From: Anaerolineaceae bacterium
GTDB lineage: Bacteria; Chloroflexota; Anaerolineae; Anaerolineales; UBA11657
Direction of reading: 5' to 3'
Assembly (NCBI GenBank): GCA_003569365.1
Contig: BGOS01000003.1
Coordinates: forward strand, 64,315-128,314
Length of the DNA stretch: 64,000 bases
A model generated the notes under the pieces. That model worked only from the letters and a program-made list of their open reading frames with translations. It was not told the DNA's origin and did not search any database. The translations under genes were made by a program, and so were the position numbers. This document shows, in pieces, positions 18,363 to 28,225 of this stretch (position 1 is the stretch's first letter; each line of letters starts with the position of its first letter).

Positions 18363-19892
18363 ATGCCTAAAAACCTGCTTTCGAAATTGCGCATCAAAGC
18401 TGCCAACGCGGGAACTTGCAGCGGCCCGCAACAGTGGCTGGAAGATGCCGGCGGCACCTGGCTGGTTTCAAACAACCCAACCACCGGGCGCGAGATTGCG
18501 CGCGTGCGCACGGCCTCGCCGGCAGCGTATGAGACAACCGTAAAACGCAGCCGCGCTGCATTTGCAACGTGGCGCAGCGTGCCGGCGCCGCAGCGCGGCC
18601 AGCTGGTGCGCGACCTTGGCAATGCACTGCGCGCGCAGCTCGAGCCGCTGGGCGAGTTGATTGCGCTGGAGGTGGGCAAGATCCGCGCTGAAGGCATTGG
18701 CGAAGTTCAGGAGATGATTGACATCTGCGACTTTGCGGTTGGGCTTTCGCGCCAGCTGTATGGGCTCACAATGCATTCGGAGCGGCCGGGCCACCGGATG
18801 TACGAACAATGGCATCCGCTGGGCCCGGTCGGTGTAATCACGGCGTTTAATTTTCCGGCTGCAGTTTGGTCGTGGAATGCTGCGGTGGCTGCCGTGTGCG
18901 GCGACACGGTGATCTGGAAGCCTTCGGAGCTGGCGCCGTTGACCGCAATTGCGATTCAGCACATTGCCAACGATGTGATGGCGGACCATGGCGTGACGGG
19001 CGTGTTCAGCCTGGCGGTTGGGGACGGGCGCCAGGTGGGCGTGCGGCTGGTGGCTGACCCGCGCATTCCGCTGCTCGCATTCACGGGTTCCATCCGTACC
19101 GGGCGCGAGGTGGCGCAAGCCGTGAGTGCGCGCCTGGGACGCTCGCTGTTGGAGCTGGGCGGCAACAACGCCATTGTTGTGGCAGCGGACGCGAATCTTT
19201 CGCTGGCAGTGCGTGCCATATTGTTTGGCGCAGTGGGCACTGCCGGCCAGCGCTGCACATCCACGCGCCGCATCATTGTGCACCGTTCCGTGGCCAAGCC
19301 GCTGGCGCAGCGCCTGGCGCGCGCGTACAAGCAGGTTGTGGTGGGCGACCCGCTGCGGCCGGCAACTTTGATGGGCCCGCTGATCACTGCGCAGGCAGTG
19401 GCTGCCATGCAAGCTGCACTGCGGCGCGCGCTGGCGGATGGCGGCAAGCTGCTGTTTGGCGGGCGCGTGCGCCCGGATCTAGGACCGCAGTTTGTGGAGC
19501 CGGCAATCGTGCAAATGCCAAAGCAAACCGAGATTGTGTGCGCGGAAACCTTTGCGCCAATTTTGTATTTGATGGAGTTCGACACAATGGCTGAGGCTGT
19601 GGCATTGCACAACGGAGTTGATCAGGGGCTTTCGAGCGCGATCTTTACCGAGTCAGTTTCAACGATGGAAGCGTTTCTGGCTGCAGGCGGATCCGATTGC
19701 GGCATCGCGAATGTGAACATCGGCACCTCGGGCGCGGAGATCGGCGGTGCGTTTGGCGGCGAGAAGGATACCGGCGGCGGGCGCGAGTCCGGGTCGGATG
19801 CATGGAAGGCTTACATGCGCCGGCAGACCACAACCATCAACTGGTCCGGGCAGCTGCCGCTGGCACAGGGCATCAAGTTTGGGTCAGACTAG
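18363..19892 (+). CDS. aldehyde dehydrogenase, ALDH7 (aminoadipate-semialdehyde / piperideine-6-carboxylate dehydrogenase)-like
   Basis: About 509 aa. Catalytic contexts ELGGNNA and GTAGQRCTS, with an antiquitin-like N-terminus. The ORF track starts at TTG 18348; ATG 18363 is preferred. Confidence 0.85.
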   Translation: MPKNLLSKLRIKAANAGTCSGPQQWLEDAGGTWLVSNNPTTGREIARVRTASPAAYETTVKRSRAAFATWRSVPAPQRGQLVRDLGNALRAQLEPLGELIALEVGKIRAEGIGEVQEMIDICDFAVGLSRQLYGLTMHSERPGHRMYEQWHPLGPVGVITAFNFPAAVWSWNAAVAAVCGDTVIWKPSELAPLTAIAIQHIANDVMADHGVTGVFSLAVGDGRQVGVRLVADPRIPLLAFTGSIRTGREVAQAVSARLGRSLLELGGNNAIVVAADANLSLAVRAILFGAVGTAGQRCTSTRRIIVHRSVAKPLAQRLARAYKQVVVGDPLRPATLMGPLITAQAVAAMQAALRRALADGGKLLFGGRVRPDLGPQFVEPAIVQMPKQTEIVCAETFAPILYLMEFDTMAEAVALHNGVDQGLSSAIFTESVSTMEAFLAAGGSDCGIANVNIGTSGAEIGGAFGGEKDTGGGRESGSDAWKAYMRRQTTTINWSGQLPLAQGIKFGSD

Positions 19893-19919
19893 GCAGCGCC
19901 TCACGGTGGGCAGCCGCGC

Positions 19920-21191
19920 ATGACCGCGCCACTCCAACTGGTAACTCCGCCGGGCGCTGCGGCACAGGCGAGCGCCATTTTAATTGCCAGCCTGCTGAAG
20001 CAGGAGCAGGTGCAGTTGACGGCCGATGCGCTCAACCGCGAGTTCTTTGGCGTGCTGGCGGATTTTGAGAAGCAAGCCGCACGCAGCGGGTTGAGCGGGG
20101 CGGACAATCCGTTTACGCAATTGAGCGCGGAGTTGGTGGAGTGGATGAACCAGCAGGCGGCGGGGCGCCGTACGGCTCCGGATGTGCCGCCGGAGTTTGC
20201 TGAGGAGATTGGGCGCAGCCGCCATATGCGGGAGGAGGCGGCCCACAATCCCGGGCTGCTGGTGATTGTGGTGCGCATGCTGGAGAAGCTGGCCGCCCGG
20301 CCGGAGCTGGCGGCGCATCCGCGGGTGCAGGCTGAGGTGCTAAAGGAGCTGGGCAGCGCGTACGCAGAGCTGCCGGTTGCGGATAGGCAGCGCGCGGTTC
20401 AAGCCGGCATTGCCCGATTGCTGCAAGCGCAGGCTCTGATAGCGATAGGTACGGACCCCGCGTTTTCTGCAGGGATTTTGCATGATTTGGGCAACGCGCA
20501 TTTGCACCTGCCGCAAATGGGGCCGCTGCGCGCGGCTGCGGTGGCCGCCGCGGGCGCAGCATTTGAATCGGCGCTGGCACTTGCGCCGGACCACACCCCG
20601 CCCGGCGGCCGCGCCCTGATGCATTTGGGCTGGGCGACGGCGGCCGGGCTGAGTGGCCACTTTCAATTGGCGCTTGAGCAGTTTATGAATGCGCTGGCAA
20701 TCTTTACGATAGATGCAAACCCGATCGGTTATGCGTGGGTGCAAGCGCGCAGCGGGGCGGTGTATTTGCAGTGGCAGGGTGCGTTTGCAGCCGCGCAGGC
20801 TGCGTATGCGGCTGCGCTTGGCGTGCACACTGTGGAGGCAAATGCCTTGATGCACGCGTGCCTGCAGGCGCAGCTGGCAATGGCGTGGCTGAGCACACCG
20901 GGCACGGCGGGCGTGGCAGCCGCAGCGCAGGCGATTGAAGCTGCGCAAAATGCACTGCCGGATTTTGCTGCGCCGGCCCTGGCGCACCAGTTTTCACTGG
21001 CGTTCGGTCCGGTGTTTGCGCCGTGGCAGGGGGCGGAAGGACGCAGCCAGCTGCTGGCCGAGGTGGCGCAGCTGGCTGCTGCGCCGGGCGCGGCGGAGCG
21101 GCGGCAGCTGTGCCGCGCATATTTGCGCATGCTGGTGGCGGACCCGCAGCAGGCGCGCGCCTATTTGCAGCGCGCTGCGCAGGCGCTTTAG
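19920..21191 (+). CDS. hypothetical Ala/Leu/Gln-rich helical-repeat protein
   Basis: 423-aa uninterrupted ORF, too long for a chance high-GC ORF. No catalytic motif recognised; TPR-like impression only. Confidence 0.5.
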   Translation: MTAPLQLVTPPGAAAQASAILIASLLKQEQVQLTADALNREFFGVLADFEKQAARSGLSGADNPFTQLSAELVEWMNQQAAGRRTAPDVPPEFAEEIGRSRHMREEAAHNPGLLVIVVRMLEKLAARPELAAHPRVQAEVLKELGSAYAELPVADRQRAVQAGIARLLQAQALIAIGTDPAFSAGILHDLGNAHLHLPQMGPLRAAAVAAAGAAFESALALAPDHTPPGGRALMHLGWATAAGLSGHFQLALEQFMNALAIFTIDANPIGYAWVQARSGAVYLQWQGAFAAAQAAYAAALGVHTVEANALMHACLQAQLAMAWLSTPGTAGVAAAAQAIEAAQNALPDFAAPALAHQFSLAFGPVFAPWQGAEGRSQLLAEVAQLAAAPGAAERRQLCRAYLRMLVADPQQARAYLQRAAQAL

Positions 21192-21229
21192 TTTTTTAGC
21201 GGGCGGGGCGGAAGCGAGCCGCGCTGGTT

Positions 21230-23236
21230 TTAGGGGCGCAGTCCGTCCGCCAAAATCTCAGCCACATCGCGCACCTGCACTGTGTTGCCGGCTGCGCGGT
21301 TGGCATCGCCCAGCATCTGCATGCAGAAGGGGCAGCCGACGGCAAGCGTGGTTGCGCCACTGGCTTGCACTTCCGCAAAGCGGTTGTTGTTGATGGCCTC
21401 GGTGCCGGGCTCTTCTTCTTTCCACATCTGGGCGCCGCCGGCGCCGCAGCAAAAAGAGTTGCGCCCGCTGCGCGGCAGCTCAATTAGTTCAATCTGGTTT
21501 GAGCGCAATGCTTCGCGCGGGTCGGCGTAGATGCCGTTGTGGCGCCCCAGGTAACACGGGTCATGGAACGTGACGGTGCCGTTGCTGAGCGCGGGGTCCA
21601 GCTTCAGGCGGCCGGCTTGCAGCAATTCGTTGAGGAAAGTTGTATGGTGCACCACCTCAAAGCGTCCGCCAAAGTCCGGGTACTCCGCGCCCAATGTGTG
21701 CAGGCAGTGCGGGCAGGTGGCCACAATCTTGCGCACGCCCGCGCTTTGCAGCGTGCCAATGTTGGCAGTGGCCATTTCGGAAAACAAGTATTCGTTGCCG
21801 GCGCGGCGCGCCATGTCGCCGGTGCATTTTTCGCGGTTGCCAAGCACGGCAAAGTTCACCTTGGCGGACTGCAGCAGCTTCACAAATGCGCGGGCCACTT
21901 CGCGCGCGCGCGGGTCAAAGCTGGCAGCGCAGCCCACCCAGTACAGCACTTCAAAGCCCGGGTTCTCTTCCACGGTGGGCACGCCCAGGCCCGCATACCA
22001 TTCACCGCGTGGGCTGCCCAGTTGCCACGGGTTGCCCTGGCGCTCAATGCCATTGAACGCGCCCAGTAGTTTGTCCGGAAAGCGCGCTGCGGTCAGTACC
22101 TCATGGCGGCGCATCTGCAGAATGTCAAACATGGGCTCGTCGCCCACCGGGCACACTTCCACGCAGGCGCCGCACGCAGTGCACGCCCACAGCGCCGTCT
22201 CGCTGATGGCATGCCCCAGCAGCGCGGTGGATGATGGCGCGCCGCCGGCCAGCGCCGCCATTTCTGAGCGCAGCAAGTAGCGCTTGTTCACTTCCAGCGC
22301 GGACGGCGAAAGTTCCTTGCCGGTCACGAACGCCGGGCACACATCCTGGCAGCGGTTGCACATTACACAGGCAAACGCATCCAGTACATGCTTTTGCCCA
22401 AGGTCTTCAATGCGCTCCACGCCAAACTTCTCGCGGGTTGTGTCCTCAAAATCCAGGCGCGGCAGTGCGCCCAGCGCGGCCCGCTGCGGGCGCAGCAAAT
22501 AATTTACCGGCGCTGCCATCAAGTGCAGATGCTTGCTGTACGGAAAGTAAGGCAGAAAGAAAAGGATCAACCCGAGGGCGAGCCACCAGGCAACGTGCTG
22601 CAGGGTTACAAGCACGCCGCTGTCCAGCCCGCGAAAGGCGGCTGCCAGTGTGCTGGCAAACGGCTGCCATGCGTCCGCCGCGTGCTGCGCAACTTCAAAG
22701 CTGGCGCCCAGCAGCCGGAAGCCCACATGAAAAAGAATAAACACGCCGACCACCAGCGAGTCGCGCCGGATGCCGGCGGCCGCATCCGGCCGCACCAGGC
22801 TGCGCGGTGAGAGCACAAGCGCCGGGTCGCGCAGCACAAAGCGCCGCGCCAAAAAGTACGCCACCCCGCCCAGCACCGCCACACTGAGCCCGTCGGCCAG
22901 CAGGCGGTAGATGCCGCCCGCCAGCGTATCTCCCAAAAAGTGAAAGCCGGGAAGAAATCCCTGAAGGATGTCCGCTGCATTCACCAGAAAGTAGAACGTA
23001 AAGCCCCACGCCACAAATGCGTGCACAATGCTGGAGCCAACACGCGTCTTCAACACGGTGCGCTGCGAGAGGAAAACCACCAGCGCGGTCCACACGCGCA
23101 GCGGCAGCTGGTTCCATTGCAAGTCCGGCTCACCGCGCCGCACAATCCGGAATACCATGCCGAAGTTGCGCGCAGCAACTGCGCCGGTCGATAGCGCGAG
23201 GATTACAAACAGGATTTTTTCGGTGGTTGTTAGCAT
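21230..23236 (-). CDS. membrane-anchored (Fe-S)-binding oxidoreductase, HdrD/DsrK/GlpC-like with CCG domains
   Basis: 668 aa. Has about 6 N-terminal TM helices and two 4Fe-4S motifs (CVMCNRCQDVCP, CTACGACVEVCP). Two cysteine-rich CCG-type repeats follow (CPHCLHTLG, CCGAGG...GCPFCMQML). Confidence 0.85.
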   Translation of the reverse strand: MLTTTEKILFVILALSTGAVAARNFGMVFRIVRRGEPDLQWNQLPLRVWTALVVFLSQRTVLKTRVGSSIVHAFVAWGFTFYFLVNAADILQGFLPGFHFLGDTLAGGIYRLLADGLSVAVLGGVAYFLARRFVLRDPALVLSPRSLVRPDAAAGIRRDSLVVGVFILFHVGFRLLGASFEVAQHAADAWQPFASTLAAAFRGLDSGVLVTLQHVAWWLALGLILFFLPYFPYSKHLHLMAAPVNYLLRPQRAALGALPRLDFEDTTREKFGVERIEDLGQKHVLDAFACVMCNRCQDVCPAFVTGKELSPSALEVNKRYLLRSEMAALAGGAPSSTALLGHAISETALWACTACGACVEVCPVGDEPMFDILQMRRHEVLTAARFPDKLLGAFNGIERQGNPWQLGSPRGEWYAGLGVPTVEENPGFEVLYWVGCAASFDPRAREVARAFVKLLQSAKVNFAVLGNREKCTGDMARRAGNEYLFSEMATANIGTLQSAGVRKIVATCPHCLHTLGAEYPDFGGRFEVVHHTTFLNELLQAGRLKLDPALSNGTVTFHDPCYLGRHNGIYADPREALRSNQIELIELPRSGRNSFCCGAGGAQMWKEEEPGTEAINNNRFAEVQASGATTLAVGCPFCMQMLGDANRAAGNTVQVRDVAEILADGLRP

Positions 23237-23324
23237 TTTGTTTTATTCGCGAAGAATGTTACTAGCTGTGGTTATTGATTAGACGTTGCATTCGCATTGA
23301 ACGGGTGCAGGCGCAACGATGGTT

Positions 23325-24092
23325 TCATTTTTGCGAGAGTTCCTGTTCAATAATTTGGGCGAAAGCCTCAAGCGGCTGGGCGCCTACGAGCGGAATGCCG
23401 TTGATGAAGAAGGTTGGCGTGCCGGTCACGCCCAGTGCACGCGCGTCGTTAAAGTCCTTCTCCACTTCCGCGCTAAACTCCCGGGAATTTACGCAGGCGG
23501 CAAAACGCTCCTTGTCCAGGCCCATGGAAATTGCCAGCGACTGATACAGATCCGGGCCAAGCCGGTCGATGTTGGCAAATACGGCGTTGTGAAACTCCCA
23601 GAAGCGCCCCTGTGCATGGGCGCACTGCGATGCTTCCGCAGCCAGCGTGGCTTGCGGGTGGATTGAGGCCAGTGGAAAGTCACGGTACACAAAGCGCACT
23701 TGCTTGGGGTAGCGCTCCAGCAGCGTCACTAGTGTGGTTTGATAGAACACGCGGCAGTACGGGCATTGGAAGTCGCTGAACTCGATAATCGTGACGGGCG
23801 CATCGGCATTGCCCCAGGACGGGTCGTCATCAGCTGAAACTTGCACGCGCTGCACCGGCCGGCGCACCACGCTGCCCGCTGCAGTGTCAGGGCTGGCCGG
23901 GTGATGCGGGGTTGGCGGAGGGTGGCGGCGCCGGCGTGCGGCCCCACACCACATAGCCCGCTGCAAGGCCGGCACCAAATGCAGCCAGTAGCAGCAGCGG
24001 AACGAGTACCCACTGGCGCAGGGGTTGGCGGCGCGGGTGCCGGCTTCTGCTTGGGTTGCGGTTACATCTTCCATGCTGCCATCCCAAGGCAC
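23325..24092 (-). CDS. DsbA-family thiol:disulfide oxidoreductase; the probable N-terminal membrane anchor is in another frame (see finding)
   Basis: Thioredoxin-fold body with FSDFQCPYC and a C-terminal GTPTFFING. The tracked ORF has no hydrophobic N-terminus in its own frame. Confidence 0.7.
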   Translation of the reverse strand: MPWDGSMEDVTATQAEAGTRAANPCASGYSFRCCYWLHLVPALQRAMWCGAARRRRHPPPTPHHPASPDTAAGSVVRRPVQRVQVSADDDPSWGNADAPVTIIEFSDFQCPYCRVFYQTTLVTLLERYPKQVRFVYRDFPLASIHPQATLAAEASQCAHAQGRFWEFHNAVFANIDRLGPDLYQSLAISMGLDKERFAACVNSREFSAEVEKDFNDARALGVTGTPTFFINGIPLVGAQPLEAFAQIIEQELSQK

Positions 24093-24433
24093 AACCAGCC
24101 GCCGATGAACGCCACGCCGCCTAACGGCGTAATTGCACCGAGCCAGGTGATGCCCGTAACTGCCAGTGCGTACAGGCTGCCACTAAAAAGAAAAATGCCA
24201 GCAGCAAAAAGCCAGCCGCTGGCGAGGAGCAGGTTTTGGCTTTGCACGCGGCCCATCAACGCGGCAGCTGCCAGCAGAGCCAGCGCATGCAGCATATGGT
24301 ATTGCACTGCAGTTTCAAATGTGGCTATTCGCGCCGGCTCCAGCCGTGCGCGCAGCGCATGCGCGCCGAATGCGCCGATTGCCACGCTCAGGCCGGCCAT
24401 CGCGGCTCCGGCAATCCAGAGTGTGCGTTCCAT
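24062..24433 (-). CDS. DUF423 (YgdD-like) small membrane protein
   Basis: Preferred start is ATG 24433, giving MERTLWIAGAAMAGLSVAIGAFGAHAL...YHMLHALALL..., the characteristic DUF423 pattern. The tracked ORF extends to 24580. Confidence 0.8.
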   Translation of the reverse strand: MERTLWIAGAAMAGLSVAIGAFGAHALRARLEPARIATFETAVQYHMLHALALLAAAALMGRVQSQNLLLASGWLFAAGIFLFSGSLYALAVTGITWLGAITPLGGVAFIGGWLCLGMAAWKM

Positions 24434-24485
24434 GTTTTGGGGGCGCGCAGGGCTGCTCATGCTGCACTGCCGCGGATGCTGCGCT

Positions 24486-25598
24486 TTACGATACGACGTC
24501 CGGGAAGGGCGCAAGGCCAAGCAGGCGCCGGCGAATGTAGCGGCCCACCACCAGCAGCGAGCCGAGCACGGGGACCACAATCAGCGCTCCCAGCACACCC
24601 TGAACCAGCGCCGCAATGATTACCACGGTGAAAATAATCCCTTCTGGCAGCAGCATTTGGCGGCCCAGCACGTAGGGGCGCAGCCAGATACTTTTGATGT
24701 TGATTAGCACGGTATAAATGCCGAGCACCAGCAACCCAAAAGCTGTGCGCGATATGTCCAGATAAATTGAGCCTTTCATGAGCGCAACCACCACGGCGAT
24801 GACGGCGGTGGCGGCGGGACCCAGCTCCGGAATAATGCTGAGCACGCCGGCAAGAATGCCGATGGTGAGCCCGCCCGGCAGCCCAATGGCCATGTAGATG
24901 ACGCTAAAAACCACTCCGACAATCAGCATCAAGATTAAATTGCCCCACAGGTAGGTGTGCCATACGCGGCGCACGTCAATATACAAGCGGTGCATCTCAG
25001 CATGCATGTACACTGGCGTCAGACCAATCATCCAATTGCGCAGGCGCGGCCAGCCGGACAGAAGGTAGTAAGTGGTGACCACAATCATCACGGTCCAGGC
25101 AAGGTTGGCGGATGTGGCCTGCAGCAATTCAATCACGGTGGCGGAGCTTGGCAGCAGCGAGCTGAGCGAGAGTTCCGCGAGGCCCGGAAACATTTCGCCG
25201 AGGCGCATTGTGCCACTGGGGGTACGGATGGGTTGCAGCACAGCTGTGCGCAGTTCATCAAATGAGTACTGCACATCAGTGTAGATTTGCTGTGACTGGG
25301 TGATGAGTGTGGGTGCCAGCAGCGCTGGCAAGAACAGGAAGATTGCCAGGCTGGTGAAGTACACGAGCACCACCAGCGTTTGGCGCGACAAGCGGGTTGC
25401 CTTGCCCAGCCCGTCTACGATGGTGCTCAGCACGTAAGCGACCAAGCCGGAAATAATGAGTGGCTTGACCGCTGCCTGCGCGTAATATAAAACTGCCCAG
25501 CCGCACAGCACCAAAGTGATGAGAGCGATGTAGCGAAACGCCTCAGTCCAATGTTGGCTTTCGTCGGCGTCAGGTGCGGGGTCGGGCTGCGGATTCAC
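24486..25598 (-). CDS. AI-2E family transporter (PerM/UPF0118)
   Basis: 370 aa, about 8 TM helices, with a typical AI-2E C-terminal half (IPELGPAATAVIAVVVAL). Confidence 0.8.
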   Translation of the reverse strand: MNPQPDPAPDADESQHWTEAFRYIALITLVLCGWAVLYYAQAAVKPLIISGLVAYVLSTIVDGLGKATRLSRQTLVVLVYFTSLAIFLFLPALLAPTLITQSQQIYTDVQYSFDELRTAVLQPIRTPSGTMRLGEMFPGLAELSLSSLLPSSATVIELLQATSANLAWTVMIVVTTYYLLSGWPRLRNWMIGLTPVYMHAEMHRLYIDVRRVWHTYLWGNLILMLIVGVVFSVIYMAIGLPGGLTIGILAGVLSIIPELGPAATAVIAVVVALMKGSIYLDISRTAFGLLVLGIYTVLINIKSIWLRPYVLGRQMLLPEGIIFTVVIIAALVQGVLGALIVVPVLGSLLVVGRYIRRRLLGLAPFPDVVS

Positions 25599-25699
25599 TT
25601 CGGGTCCGTTGCGAAAGATTGTAACATCCGGAACGCCGCCGGGAGTGGGTTACAATAATTCAGGGGCGCATCCGGAGCGCCGGTTGCCGGAATTTTCCA

Positions 25700-27004
25700 A
25701 TGACTGACGCAGCTGCCCGCAAGCGCATTACCGCCTCCCTGTTCTTGTCGCAGGCGTTCTATTCGTCTGCTTTCATTGGTGTTTTTGCGGTGATGCCCAT
25801 CCTGGCCACGCGCTTCGGCGGTTCTCCGGCACAGGCCGGGCTGCCGATCACGCTGACCATGGCAGGTCGGGCGCTGGCATCATATCCACTGGGCTGGGCG
25901 ATGGACCGCTTTGGGCGGCGCACCGCGCTTACGATTGGGTTCACGGGCGGAGTGCTGAGCGCCGTGCTTGGCGTGCTGGCAGTTTGGGGCAGCAACTTGT
26001 GGCTGCTGCTTGCGAGCGCAGCGCTGATGGGCCTGGCGCGCAGCGCCGCTGAGCAGGCGCGCTTTGTTGCCGCGGAAGTCCATCCGCCCGCCAAGCGGGA
26101 CAACATTATTGGCCTGATAGTTTTCGCGGGCACTTTTGGCGCAGTCGGTGGGCGCGGCGCTGCGCAGTTTGGCAGCTGGCTGCGGGTTTCGTTTGGGCTG
26201 AATGAATTTGCGGTGGTGTACTTGCTCGCCATTGGCTTGCTGGCGATAGCGCTGGTGTGCAATCAGCTACTGCTGCGGCCAGATCCGCTTACGCTGCGTT
26301 GGAAGGCAGAGGCGTCCCCCGAAGTCGGTTCAGGCGCCGTTATAAAAGTTGCCGGTGAAGAGTCTGGTGTCACAACGGCCGGGGGCGCACCTGCCCTGCC
26401 GCGCGGCCGGCCATTAGCTGAAATTTTTTCTGCGCCGGATATGCAGATTGCGGTAACGGCGATTGCCATTGGGCAGCTGGTGATGACCATGCTGATGGTG
26501 ATCACGCCGCTGCATATGAACATTTGCGGCTACGATACGCTCAATGTTTCTACGGCATTGGCAGTGCATACGCTTGGCATGTTTGCGCTTTCGCCCCTCA
26601 CCGGCTGGATGAGCCGGCAGTTTGGGCGCGTGCCGGTGATTTGCGCGGGCGCAGTGGTGCTGATGGCGTGCGGCTTGCTGGCACCGTATGCGGTGGCTTT
26701 GTCGGCGCTGTACTTTGGCATGTTTGCGCTGGGGTACGGCTGGAACCTGTGCCATGTGGCCGGGTCCGCATTGCTGGCGCAGATGGTGCCGGAGGGCGAA
26801 GGCGGCCGGGTGCAGGGCGCTGCGGAATTTATTACGTCAATTACGGCCGGCATCGGCAGCCTGAGCTCGGGTGCGCTGTTTGCGTGGCGTGGCTTCAGTG
26901 GGCCGGGCGCTGCGGGATTGATGCTTTCCGGCTTGATACTTGTGGCAGTAGCGGTGGCTGCGAACACCAACCGGCGCATGGCCGCGGTAGTGGCAAGTGC
27001 TTAA
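25700..27004 (+). CDS. MFS transporter
   Basis: 434 aa, 12 predicted TM segments, with an MFS loop motif (GWAMDRFGRR). Confidence 0.85.
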   Translation: MTDAAARKRITASLFLSQAFYSSAFIGVFAVMPILATRFGGSPAQAGLPITLTMAGRALASYPLGWAMDRFGRRTALTIGFTGGVLSAVLGVLAVWGSNLWLLLASAALMGLARSAAEQARFVAAEVHPPAKRDNIIGLIVFAGTFGAVGGRGAAQFGSWLRVSFGLNEFAVVYLLAIGLLAIALVCNQLLLRPDPLTLRWKAEASPEVGSGAVIKVAGEESGVTTAGGAPALPRGRPLAEIFSAPDMQIAVTAIAIGQLVMTMLMVITPLHMNICGYDTLNVSTALAVHTLGMFALSPLTGWMSRQFGRVPVICAGAVVLMACGLLAPYAVALSALYFGMFALGYGWNLCHVAGSALLAQMVPEGEGGRVQGAAEFITSITAGIGSLSSGALFAWRGFSGPGAAGLMLSGLILVAVAVAANTNRRMAAVVASA

Positions 27005-28172
27005 ACAGCGCACGGCGTTCGTGGTGCCGGATCTTGCGCAGTGGGAAGTGCATGCGGAGCGCGGCTTTCTTCCGGATCCAGACCCGCTGTTGGAGTTGCC
27101 GCCAGAGTATGCGGCGTGGGAACGGATCAACCGCGAGCTGCCCGGCCTGCTGGCTGCGGGCAGCGGCGCCATGCTGCGCAGCGTAGGCCGGCTGCCCGTG
27201 CTGGAACTGGCCGGCTTGCAGACTGCGCCGATGCACAACCGTGCCATGGTGCTGTTGAGCGTGCTGGCGCATGCATTTGTGTGGGCGGACCCGCAACAGC
27301 CGCGCAAGCAGCTGCCGGCGGCAATTGCGCTGCCGCTTGGCACACTGGCCGCGCAACTTGGCCGCCCGCCGATTTGCACGCATGCGACGACGGTCTTGCA
27401 CAACTGGCGCCGGCTGGACCCAAGTGGCCCGATTGAGCTCGGCAACGTTGCCACGCTGGCCGGTTTCTTTGGCGGCTTGGATGAGGCGTGGTTCTTTTTG
27501 GTTACGCTGGCGGTGGAGGCGCGCGGTGCGCCGGCAGTTGTTTACAGCTTGCAGCTGCAAGCTGCCGTTTTGGCGTTGGATGTGGAAGCTGCAACCGAAG
27601 TGCTGGAGCGCATGCACGCCACGCTGCTGGCCATGATGGAGGCGCTGCGGCGCATGCACGAGCGCTGTGCGCCGTTTGTATTCTTCAACCGCCTGCGTCC
27701 GTTTCTGGCCGGCTGGAAGGACGAGCCGCTTTTGCCGGATGGGTTGATTTACGAAGGCATGGGTGTGGAACCACGGCAATACTTTGGCGCCAGCGCTGCG
27801 CAGAGCGCATTGTTCCCGCTGTTTGATGAAGTGCTGGGCATCACGCATGATCCCGGGCACGCCGGCGGCTACCTGGGCCAGATGCGCAGCTACATGCTGG
27901 GCGGGCATCGGCGCCTGTTGGAGTACGTGGCGGCCGGGCCGTCTGTGCGCCACTGGCTGCAGCGCCTGCCGGAGGGTGGTGCGCTGCGCGCTGCATACAA
28001 CTTGTGCGTCGCCGAGTTGGGTGTGCTGCGCACACTGCACATGCGCATTGCGGCTGAGTACATTGTGGCGCAGGCGCGTGCGGGCACTGAGGCGCGCGGT
28101 ACTGGCAGCACGACCGTGATACCCTTTCTAAAATCCGTGCGTGATGAGACCGCGGCCAGCGCCGCGGTGTGA
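26997..28172 (+). CDS. indoleamine 2,3-dioxygenase (IDO) family heme dioxygenase homolog
   Basis: 391 aa, colinear with eukaryotic IDO as recalled. Matching blocks are FFNRLRPFLAGWKDEPLLPDGLIYEG, GASAAQSALFPLFDEVLGI, MRSYMLGGHRRLL and the proximal-His context LRTLHMRIAAEYI. The start overlaps the MFS stop by 8 nt. Confidence 0.9.
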   Translation: MLKQRTAFVVPDLAQWEVHAERGFLPDPDPLLELPPEYAAWERINRELPGLLAAGSGAMLRSVGRLPVLELAGLQTAPMHNRAMVLLSVLAHAFVWADPQQPRKQLPAAIALPLGTLAAQLGRPPICTHATTVLHNWRRLDPSGPIELGNVATLAGFFGGLDEAWFFLVTLAVEARGAPAVVYSLQLQAAVLALDVEAATEVLERMHATLLAMMEALRRMHERCAPFVFFNRLRPFLAGWKDEPLLPDGLIYEGMGVEPRQYFGASAAQSALFPLFDEVLGITHDPGHAGGYLGQMRSYMLGGHRRLLEYVAAGPSVRHWLQRLPEGGALRAAYNLCVAELGVLRTLHMRIAAEYIVAQARAGTEARGTGSTTVIPFLKSVRDETAASAAV

Positions 28173-28225
28173 CCTGCGCGCTGCGTGTGCAAGCGCGCAG
28201 TTTTGGCAAATAAAAGGATTCAGCC

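Noticed and set aside
21230-23236. The HdrD/GlpC-like Fe-S protein as a second possible selenoprotein, since this family has Sec-containing members.
   Set aside because: The ORF is uninterrupted with Cys at all motif positions, and there is no in-frame TGA.
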